DNA of 64,000 nt from an uncultured Acidimicrobiaceae bacterium. GTDB taxonomy: Bacteria > Actinomycetota > Acidimicrobiia > Acidimicrobiales > Salinilacustritrichaceae. Both the position numbers and the translations under genes were made by a program. Numbering within the stretch: position 1 is the first letter of the stretch; every line of letters begins with the position of its first letter. Of this stretch, positions 18,269 to 25,609 are shown one piece after another. Below the pieces are notes generated by a model. It saw only the letters and a list, made by a program, of their open reading frames with translations, was not told the DNA's origin and did not search any database. The stretch covers positions 3,655 to 67,654 of the forward strand of contig CAZCEZ010000007.1 in NCBI GenBank assembly GCA_964497795.1, given 5' to 3'.

Positions 18269-18789
18269 TGGACCACGATGACCTTGCCGCCCGCGTAGGG
18301 CCGCGTGTCATCGGTGTAGTTGAAGTCGCCCACGAACTCGGGCCGGAAGATCTCGACGGCGCCGGGCGCGATGGGGCCGACGCTGACGCCGAGGTTCTCG
18401 AACACGACGGTCCGGGCCTGGGTGCCGATGTTCTTGAAGCGGATGGTGCCGCCGGTGCGGATCTGGACCACGTTCGGGGTGAACTGGCCGAGGCCGTCCT
18501 GGCCGTCGTCGCGGATGACGACCTCCTCGGACACCTCCTGCTCCTCGGGCGCGACCGTCGTGGTGGTCTGGGCGACCGTGGTGGTGGTCTGCGCGGCGTC
18601 GGCGACCGTGGTCGTGGTCTGCTCGGGGATCGTGTCGTCGACCACGGTCGTGGTCGTCGTCGACCCGCCGAGGGCCTCGGACTGCTCGGGGTCGAACTCG
18701 AAGAGGGCGTCGTCGCCGACGGAGTTCTCCTCCCCGCATGCGGCGAGGACCATGCCGGCGGCGAGGAGGAGGGCGAGGAGGCGGGTCAT
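18265..18789 (-). CDS. Cupredoxin-like lipoprotein lacking copper ligands
   Basis: ATG at 18789 (ATGA overlap with the ABC gene stop). 'MTRLLALLLAAGMVLAAC|GEEN', a Thr-rich linker, then 'FTPNVVQIRTGGTIRFKNIGTQARTVVFENLG...IAPGAVEIFRPEFVGDFNYTDDTRPYAGGKVIVVQ', a plastocyanin/EfeO-N-like beta-sandwich pattern. Confidence 0.6.
   Translation of the reverse strand: MTRLLALLLAAGMVLAACGEENSVGDDALFEFDPEQSEALGGSTTTTTVVDDTIPEQTTTTVADAAQTTTTVAQTTTTVAPEEQEVSEEVVIRDDGQDGLGQFTPNVVQIRTGGTIRFKNIGTQARTVVFENLGVSVGPIAPGAVEIFRPEFVGDFNYTDDTRPYAGGKVIVVQ
18551..18621 (-). repeat. Three copies of GCGACCGTNGTGGTGGTCTG (encode 'QTTTTVA' x3)
   Basis: Copies at 18551-18570, 18572-18591 and 18602-18621. Confidence 0.75.
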
Positions 18790-21700
18790 GCGAGGCTCCC
18801 GGATCGGTTGATGGCGGCCTCGGAGGTGCCGAGGTAGGACTCGATGACGCGCTCGTCGTTCAGCACGTCGTCGGGCAGGCCGCGGGTGACGAACGTGCCC
18901 TGCTCGAGGGCGATGAGCTCGTCGGAGACAGCGGAGATGAGCGGCATGTCGTGCTCGATGATGAGGATCGAGCAACCGGTCTCGAACTTGACCCGGCGCA
19001 GCAGCGGGGCGAGGCCCTCGGCCTCGGCCTGGGCGATGCCCGAGGACGGCTCGTCGAGGAGCAGCACCTTGGGCTCGGCGGCGAGCACGCAGGCCAGGTC
19101 GACGATCCGGCGCAGGCCGGTGGACAGCTCGCGGACGAACTTGTCGCGGAAGGCACCGATCTCGAGGAGCTCGATGAGGCGCTCGGCGCGGACCCGGGCC
19201 CGGCGCTCGGCCTTGCGGACCTGCGGCGCGGAGATGGCGCCGAGGATCGAGGAGCGGACCTCGAGCTTCTGCTCGAGGGCGATCAGGATCGTCTCCTCGA
19301 CGGTCAGCGAGGGGAAGAGGCGGGCGTCCTGGAAGCGGCGGATGAGGCCCATGCGAGCCCGCTCCTGGGGCGAGAGGTCGTTGAGCTCGACGCCCTGGAA
19401 GCGCACGACGCCGCCGTCGAGGGGCTGGGCCCCCGAGATCAGGTCGAAGATGGTCGTCTTGCCGGCGCCGTTGGGACCGATGAGGCCGAGGACCTCGCCC
19501 TCGCGCAGGGCGAAGGAGACGTCGTTGACGGCCCGGACGCCGCCGTAGTCCTTGACGAGCCCCTCGACCTCGAGCGCCGGGGCGGCGTCGGCGAGCTCGA
19601 TCGGCCCACCGGCGGCGGCCGTGGTGCCGGAGGTGAGGGCGCCGGTGCCCTTGACGTACACGGCGCGGAGGATGTCGGGGCGGTCGAGCAGGTCCTGGGT
19701 GGGCCCGTAGAACCGGACCTCGCCCTTCTCCATGAAGATCGCCTTGTCGGCGATGGTCAGGGCGACGTTCACCGACTGCTCGACGACGATGACGGTGACG
19801 CCTCGCCGGTTGATCTCCTTGACGATCTCGACCAGCTGGCCGACCACGGCGGGCGACAGGCCGAGGGAGAGCTCGTCGATCAGGAGCATCTTCGGCTTGC
19901 ACAGGAAGGCCTGGGCCAGCGACAGCTGCTGCTGCTCGCCGCCCGAGAGCGTGCCGGCCGGGACGTCGAGGCGCTCGGTCAGGCGGGGGAAGATCTCGAA
20001 GACCTCGCGCATCCGGGCCTTGGCGTCCTCGACGTCGTCGGACATCCAGTTGCCGAGCAGCAGGTTCTCCCGCACCGACATGGACGGGAAGATGCCCCGG
20101 CCACCGGGCATCTCGATGACGCCGCGGGCAGCGATCTCGTTGGACGGCATCTGGGTGATGTCGCGCCCGTCGAAGATGACCGCACCGGAGCGGGCCGGCT
20201 GCACGCCGCACATGGCCCGCAGCACCGTGGACTTGCCGGCGCCGTTGGTGCCGAGGAGGGCGAGGATCTCGCCCTCCTCCACGTCGAAGTCGACGTCGAA
20301 GAGGACCTGGACGTTGTCGTAGTAGACGTCGAGGTTGCGGGCCACGAGCAGCTTGGTCTCGCCGGACAGCTTCGCCCGCTGGTACTCCTGGCTGGCGACC
20401 GACTTGGCGAAGGCGGCCCGCATGTCGAGCTCGAAGAACGGGGCGGCGGACAGGTCGATGGCGGCACCGACGAGGCTGAGCAGGAACGCCATGATCCAGA
20501 TGGCGTCGTAGCCGTAGTCGCCGTTGAGCTGGCGGGCGATCGGCAGCCACAGGACCGGACCGACGAGCCGGGACAGGTCGGTCAGCTGCAGACCGAAGGT
20601 CCGGATGTTGGCCGGGATGACCTGGACGTTCACGACCGCGGCCGACGGCCCGATCATGGAGGCGCCGAAGGAGATCACGGCGAGGGCGCCGACGATGACC
20701 CACAGCGGCGGGGTCAGGATGTACAGCAGCGGCCAGGGTGCGGCGACGAGGCCGAAGACCGCCACGATGTAGATCACCCGGGACGGGTTGACCCGCGTGA
20801 GCCGGTCCACGAGCGTCCCGCCGTAGAGGCCGCCCGCGATCCCGGTGAGGGCGGCCGGGATGGTGAGCAGGCCGAGCTCGAAGGCGTTGAGCCCGTACTC
20901 CTCGGCGGCGAAGAAGATGAAGAAGAGGCCCGACACCGAGCTCGCGCCGCTGGCGAAGATGTCGGCGATGGTGCGGCGCCGGATGGTGCGGACGGCGAAC
21001 GTGGTCCGGAACGACTCGGCGAAGGACAGGGGCTCGTCCTCGACGGCGGCCTGCTCGTCGGTGGCGCCGAGGGCCTTGCGCTCGAAGAAGCCGCGGATCG
21101 GCTCGCGGAGCGTGAAGATCGAGATCACGCCCATGACGAGCAGCGGCACGCCGATGATCTTGAACGCCGTCTGCCAGCCGAGCTCGACGATGAGGTAGCC
21201 GGTGAAGAGCGGCGCCGCGATCTGCCCGATGCGCCCGAGGGCGCCGTTGAAGGCGAAGGCCTTCCCCCGCACGTCGTAGGGGTAGTAGTCGGCGAACAGG
21301 CTCAGGCGGGGCACGCCGGATCCGTCGTCGGCGGCGGCGTTCGCGACCCGGCTCGTGCTCAGGGGCGAGAAGGAGTTGGACAGGCCGGCGAAGAACGTGG
21401 CCACGCCCGAGAGCATCGTCCCCACCCAGATGAAGGGGGTGCGGCGGACCCGGTCGGCGTAGTAGCCGGCCAGGATCGAGGCGAAGACCGACACGGTGCC
21501 CACGAGGGCGACGATGCCGATGATGTCGCCGACGTCGATGTTGAGGTCGCGGGCGATGTCCGGGCCGGCGAGGGTGAACGCCGCCGAGTCGAGCTGCTGG
21601 AAGAAGGAGATGCCCGACAGCGTCAGCAGCGGGGCGAGGCCGTAGGGCGACTTCCGCAGGCGGGAGAAGTCGAAGGAGTCCTTCGCCGCCTGCCTCCAGC

Positions 21701-22067
21701 TGCGCCGGCGGGTCTCGCCGGCCTCGTTCTCGGCCTCGCCCGGGGCGAACAGCCCGCCGGTGTCGAAGTCGGGCTCGTCGAGGAGGTGGATGCGGCCGGC
21801 GGCCTCGTCGGAGGCGGGCGACTCGAGGAAGTCGTCGGCCTGGGGCTCGCGCCGCCGGTCGTGCGGGAGCGTGGTCGGCGCCGTGTGAGCGGCCCGGGAC
21901 TCGACGCCGGCGTTGCCGACCTCGTGGGTCGTGGCCGGCCGACCGGGGCGGGCCTGCTCGTGCGGGGTCGAGCGCTCGGCGCCGGCCGGGGCGGGCGCGG
22001 TGCCGGCACTGCGCAGGGGCGCTCGGCGGGCTCGACGGCGGGGGCCGGTGGGGTCGTCGATGCTCAT
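18786..22067 (-). CDS. Tri-domain protein: 12-TM MFS domain + LivF-like ATPase + LivG-like ATPase (1093 aa)
   Basis: MFS motif A 'LAGYYADRVRRTPFIWVG' and about 12 hydrophobic helices (aa ~140-560). ATPase 1: 'LLGTNGAGKST', 'LSGGEQQQL', 'LLIDELSLGL' (LivF-like). ATPase 2: 'LIGPNGAGKTT', 'LSTGLRRIVDLA', 'LLLDEPSSGI' (LivG-like). AGGAG sits 7 nt before the ATG at 22067. Confidence 0.85.
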   Translation of the reverse strand: MSIDDPTGPRRRARRAPLRSAGTAPAPAGAERSTPHEQARPGRPATTHEVGNAGVESRAAHTAPTTLPHDRRREPQADDFLESPASDEAAGRIHLLDEPDFDTGGLFAPGEAENEAGETRRRSWRQAAKDSFDFSRLRKSPYGLAPLLTLSGISFFQQLDSAAFTLAGPDIARDLNIDVGDIIGIVALVGTVSVFASILAGYYADRVRRTPFIWVGTMLSGVATFFAGLSNSFSPLSTSRVANAAADDGSGVPRLSLFADYYPYDVRGKAFAFNGALGRIGQIAAPLFTGYLIVELGWQTAFKIIGVPLLVMGVISIFTLREPIRGFFERKALGATDEQAAVEDEPLSFAESFRTTFAVRTIRRRTIADIFASGASSVSGLFFIFFAAEEYGLNAFELGLLTIPAALTGIAGGLYGGTLVDRLTRVNPSRVIYIVAVFGLVAAPWPLLYILTPPLWVIVGALAVISFGASMIGPSAAVVNVQVIPANIRTFGLQLTDLSRLVGPVLWLPIARQLNGDYGYDAIWIMAFLLSLVGAAIDLSAAPFFELDMRAAFAKSVASQEYQRAKLSGETKLLVARNLDVYYDNVQVLFDVDFDVEEGEILALLGTNGAGKSTVLRAMCGVQPARSGAVIFDGRDITQMPSNEIAARGVIEMPGGRGIFPSMSVRENLLLGNWMSDDVEDAKARMREVFEIFPRLTERLDVPAGTLSGGEQQQLSLAQAFLCKPKMLLIDELSLGLSPAVVGQLVEIVKEINRRGVTVIVVEQSVNVALTIADKAIFMEKGEVRFYGPTQDLLDRPDILRAVYVKGTGALTSGTTAAAGGPIELADAAPALEVEGLVKDYGGVRAVNDVSFALREGEVLGLIGPNGAGKTTIFDLISGAQPLDGGVVRFQGVELNDLSPQERARMGLIRRFQDARLFPSLTVEETILIALEQKLEVRSSILGAISAPQVRKAERRARVRAERLIELLEIGAFRDKFVRELSTGLRRIVDLACVLAAEPKVLLLDEPSSGIAQAEAEGLAPLLRRVKFETGCSILIIEHDMPLISAVSDELIALEQGTFVTRGLPDDVLNDERVIESYLGTSEAAINRSGSLA

Positions 22068-22076
22068 CTCGGGCTC

Positions 22077-24386
22077 CTAGGCGCCCACCGGGCTGGAGCC
22101 CAGCAGGGGGTTCTTCTCGGGTTCGGGCGCGGGGCGCTCCACCTCGGAGCGGGCCGCCTGGGCGAACCGCTCGGCGGCCGACTGCCCCCGACCCCGGTAC
22201 AGCTCGGAGCGCAGCGACCAGCGCTGGTCGCTCGGCAGGGCGGCGAGGCCGGAGTCGCCCGACAGCTCGTCGAGGGGCACCTCGCGACGCTCGATGGCGT
22301 CTGCGTCGTAGTCCGCGAACAGGCTCGGCACCACGATCTGCTCCCGCTGGGCGACGACCCGCAGCGCGGAGTTCCGCACGCCCTGGACCAGCGAGATGAA
22401 GCCGCCGGGGAAGGCCAGGATGATGAAGATCGTGCCGCCGTTGTTCAGGAACGTGCGGAAGATGCCGGCGGTGAGGAAGTACTGGAGCGACTCGAAGTAG
22501 GCGGCGCCGAGCAGGGCGCCGGCCACGGCCCCGACGCCGCCGATGATGGCGGTGTTGAACGCCTCGAAGCTGGGGAGCACGCCGTACTGGGCCGCCGTGA
22601 TGCCCTGCTGCTGGTGGACGAACACGGCACCGGCGAAGCCGGCGATCGCCCCGGAGATCCCGAAGGCCAGCAGCTTGGTCCGGAACACGTCCACGCCGAA
22701 GGCCTGCACGTTCGTCTCGTTCTCCCGCAGGGCGATCAGGATGCGACCGGCCCGGGTGCGCCGCAGGTTCCCGACGACGACGATGGTCGCGACCAGGGCG
22801 GCCACGCACAGGAAGTACATCGAGGTGTCGTCGGCGAAGTCGAGGAAGAACAGCGTCGGCCGCTCGATGGCCGCATCGGGCTGGAGCCACCCGAAGTACC
22901 GGTCGTCGAAGAAGACGTTCTCGATGGTGAAGGCGAAGGCGAGGGTGACCGGGAGCAGGAACAGCCCCTTGATCCGCAGCGCCGGGATGCCCACCGCGAT
23001 GGCGACGGCGCCGGCGATCGCGGTCGCCACGGGGACGGCGAGCCAGAACGTGAGGCCGGCGGTGGTGGTGAGCGCGGCGGCGACGACGGCGCCGACGGCG
23101 GCGAAGCCCCACTGCCCGACCGACACCTGGCCGCCCCAGCCGGTCAGGACGACCAGCGAGATGACCACGATCGTCGACAGGGCGATGGTCGAGGCGAGCG
23201 ACACGAACCCGGACGAGGCGACGAAGGGGATGATGCCCAGCGCCAGGAGCCCGACGGCGTACAGGCCGAGGCGCACGTTGCGCACCACGGGCAGCGAGGC
23301 CAGCGCCTCGGGGACCGGCCGGGGCTCGTCGGCGGCGGCCCAGGACACCTGCGCCTGCTCGACCCGGTCGAGGCCCTTGGACTGCGAGATCAGGCCGACG
23401 GCGAGGACGACGAGGTAGAACACCGCGATCAGCGGGGTGTCCTCGGGGTAGGCGAAGCGGAACGAGCGGACGAGGATCGACAGGAGGAGCGTGGCGACCA
23501 CGGCCGTGGGCAGCTTCTCCATGCGGGCGAGGACCGCGGCGGCGAGCGAGATCAGCAGCACGGCCGGCGACAGGTTGTTGGCTGCGGCCGGCGTCTGCGT
23601 CATGGCCGTGCCGACGGTGGTGAGGCCGCCCAGCACCGCCGAGACCACGAACACGCCGATGACCAGGCCGGGCACGCCGATCCCGAGCAGACCGGCCCGC
23701 TCGGGGTTCTCGGCCAGGGCCCGGACGGCCGTGCCGACCTTCGTGTAGCGCAGGGTCGCGCCGATGGCGACCAGGACGAGGAGGGTGACCTCGAGCACGA
23801 ACAGCTCGGCGAAGCCGAAGGGCACCGGGTAGTCCCCGATGAAGAACTCGAAGCCGGCGAGGGGCAGGTAGCCCCCCTCGGTCAGGGCGACGCCGCCGAG
23901 CTGCTCCTGCTGGGGCAGCTGGGCGATGTCGGAGAAGAAGGGCAGCTGGGCGATGTTCGGGGCGAACTGCACCAGGAACAGCGCGGTGACCGCGGTGACC
24001 ACGGTCAGCACGAGGCGGGAGGCCTTGAGGAACCGGATCGACACGACGCCGGCGGCGAGGCCGACGGCGGCCGAGACGGCGACGCTGATCAGGACGGCGA
24101 GCAGGAACGGGACGTCGGTCAGGCGCACGAACAGGAAGAAGGCCGTGGAGCCGAACACGCCGAAGGCCGTCTGCGCGAAGTTGATGACCCGGATCGACCG
24201 GTACACCAGCACGATGCCCACCGTCGTGAGGCTGGCGAGCGCACCGCTGACGAGGCCGTCGAAGACGATGCCGGCGGGCACGCCGCCGTCCATGACCAGC
24301 AGGCTCAGCACCAGCGTCAGGACGGTGGCGCCGCCGAGGAGGACGGCCGACCTCAGCCGGGGATCGGAGGGCAGGAACCTGGTCAC
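22077..24386 (-). CDS. Fused LivH-LivM type branched-chain/HAAT ABC permease (769 aa)
   Basis: GTG at 24386 (GTGA overlap). The N-terminal half is LivH-like ('GIVLVYRSIRVINFAQTAFGVFG', 'RYTKVGTAVRALAENPERAGLLGI'). The C-terminal half is LivM-like ('LTGWGGQVSVGQWGFAAVGA', 'RAGRILIALRENETNVQAFGV'). Confidence 0.85.
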   Translation of the reverse strand: MTRFLPSDPRLRSAVLLGGATVLTLVLSLLVMDGGVPAGIVFDGLVSGALASLTTVGIVLVYRSIRVINFAQTAFGVFGSTAFFLFVRLTDVPFLLAVLISVAVSAAVGLAAGVVSIRFLKASRLVLTVVTAVTALFLVQFAPNIAQLPFFSDIAQLPQQEQLGGVALTEGGYLPLAGFEFFIGDYPVPFGFAELFVLEVTLLVLVAIGATLRYTKVGTAVRALAENPERAGLLGIGVPGLVIGVFVVSAVLGGLTTVGTAMTQTPAAANNLSPAVLLISLAAAVLARMEKLPTAVVATLLLSILVRSFRFAYPEDTPLIAVFYLVVLAVGLISQSKGLDRVEQAQVSWAAADEPRPVPEALASLPVVRNVRLGLYAVGLLALGIIPFVASSGFVSLASTIALSTIVVISLVVLTGWGGQVSVGQWGFAAVGAVVAAALTTTAGLTFWLAVPVATAIAGAVAIAVGIPALRIKGLFLLPVTLAFAFTIENVFFDDRYFGWLQPDAAIERPTLFFLDFADDTSMYFLCVAALVATIVVVGNLRRTRAGRILIALRENETNVQAFGVDVFRTKLLAFGISGAIAGFAGAVFVHQQQGITAAQYGVLPSFEAFNTAIIGGVGAVAGALLGAAYFESLQYFLTAGIFRTFLNNGGTIFIILAFPGGFISLVQGVRNSALRVVAQREQIVVPSLFADYDADAIERREVPLDELSGDSGLAALPSDQRWSLRSELYRGRGQSAAERFAQAARSEVERPAPEPEKNPLLGSSPVGA
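23913..23956 (-). repeat. 17-nt direct repeat with 27-nt period inside the LivH half
   Basis: GGGCAGCTGGGCGATGT at 23913-23929 and 23940-23956, encoding 'IAQLPFFSD/IAQLPQQEQ'. Confidence 0.7.
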
Positions 24387-25609
24387 CGGAGGTCCTCGGG
24401 CAGCGGGTCGGCCTCGACCTGACCCCGTTCGTAGGTGGCGTCCACCGAGTTGCCCAGCGCATCGGTCACCAGCGACGTCTCGCCGATGACGAGGGCGCCG
24501 AGCTCGGTGCTCACGACGTACTCGGCCTCGATGGTGACCGTGCCGGCCGCCGTGGCCCGGGTCTCGGAGACCTCGACGAGCCACCCGTCGAGCAGTGTCC
24601 CGCACGCGTCGACGGATCGACGCTCGTTGACCTGGCCCTCGATGCGGCGGGTCTCGCCGGAGGTCGGGTCGACGGCCGTGGAGGTCCAGAACTCGCCGGC
24701 CTGGACGGGCAGCGGCAGGTACAGCAGCGGCGACGACGGGTTGAACGAGCCCTGGTTGGCTCCGTTGGCGTCGATGTTCTCGACCTGGTTCAGGACCAGG
24801 CCGCGGTTCGGCTCGCCGGTCTGGATCCGCTGGCCGCCGGGGAGCTGCTCCTGGGCCTCGTCGGGGACGTCGACGTCCTCGCCGGTGATCTCCGACGCCG
24901 CGCCCTCGGCCGTCATGGTGACGCCCTCGGGGTCCTGGGTGACGTTGGCGCCGGCGGCGACGGGCGCCGTGTTGACCGTCCAGGTGGTCAGCTCGGTCAG
25001 GCCGGACGGCAGCGGCGCGAGGGTCTCGTAGCGGTAGCGCATGCCCTGCTGCGCACTCGGGTCGTCGGTGTCGACGGCGGTCCCGGCACCGAGCTCCTCG
25101 ACGGCGCGCACGGCGCGGGTCTCGAAGCCCTCGACCTGCACCGTGATCTCGCCGGCGGCGCCGACGGAGGTGGTGGTGATGTCCCGCTTCCACCGGTAGA
25201 CGCCGACCTCGGGGACCGTGGTCACCTCCTCGGGGGCCTGGGTGGCCGGGCTCGAGCCGATGGGCGCCGTCGGGCACTCGACCTCGGGCGCCGGCGGCTG
25301 GAGGTTGGTGAACCGGTTGAACCGGTCCGGGAGCGTGTTGCGGAACGGCACCGTGAGCGCACCGGTGCCGGTGTCCACGGGCCGCCCCTGCTGGGCGGCC
25401 TGGGCCGGCACGGCCGTGGGCAGCTCGATCGGGGCGTCCTCGGCCGGGGCCTCGAAGCCGAACGCCACGTCGGCCTGCAGGGCCTGGATGTCCACGCCGG
25501 GCTCGTCGGGCTCGACGCAGGCGGTGGTCACGAGGGCCAGGCCCAGGGCGCCGACGGCGAGCCGGCGGGTGCTGGGGCGGTGCTCAGGTCGGGGTCGGGA
25601 CACGTTCAC
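24383..25609 (-). CDS. Hypothetical lipoprotein (408 aa)
   Basis: 'RRLAVGALGLALVTTAC|VEPDEPG'. No family recognised. The start overlaps the 3' end of the transglutaminase-like gene. Confidence 0.65.
   Translation of the reverse strand: MNVSRPRPEHRPSTRRLAVGALGLALVTTACVEPDEPGVDIQALQADVAFGFEAPAEDAPIELPTAVPAQAAQQGRPVDTGTGALTVPFRNTLPDRFNRFTNLQPPAPEVECPTAPIGSSPATQAPEEVTTVPEVGVYRWKRDITTTSVGAAGEITVQVEGFETRAVRAVEELGAGTAVDTDDPSAQQGMRYRYETLAPLPSGLTELTTWTVNTAPVAAGANVTQDPEGVTMTAEGAASEITGEDVDVPDEAQEQLPGGQRIQTGEPNRGLVLNQVENIDANGANQGSFNPSSPLLYLPLPVQAGEFWTSTAVDPTSGETRRIEGQVNERRSVDACGTLLDGWLVEVSETRATAAGTVTIEAEYVVSTELGALVIGETSLVTDALGNSVDATYERGQVEADPLPEDLR

Noticed and set aside
18265-24462. 2065-aa minus ORF and the 1894-aa plus ORF 18738..24422 covering the ABC transporter genes
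   Set aside because: Arg/Gly/Pro/Asp/His-rich low-complexity translations with no motifs. They are alternate-frame or antisense shadows of the well-supported genes 18786..22067 and 22077..24386. Only the last 174 codons of the minus ORF (the cupredoxin-like lipoprotein) are real.
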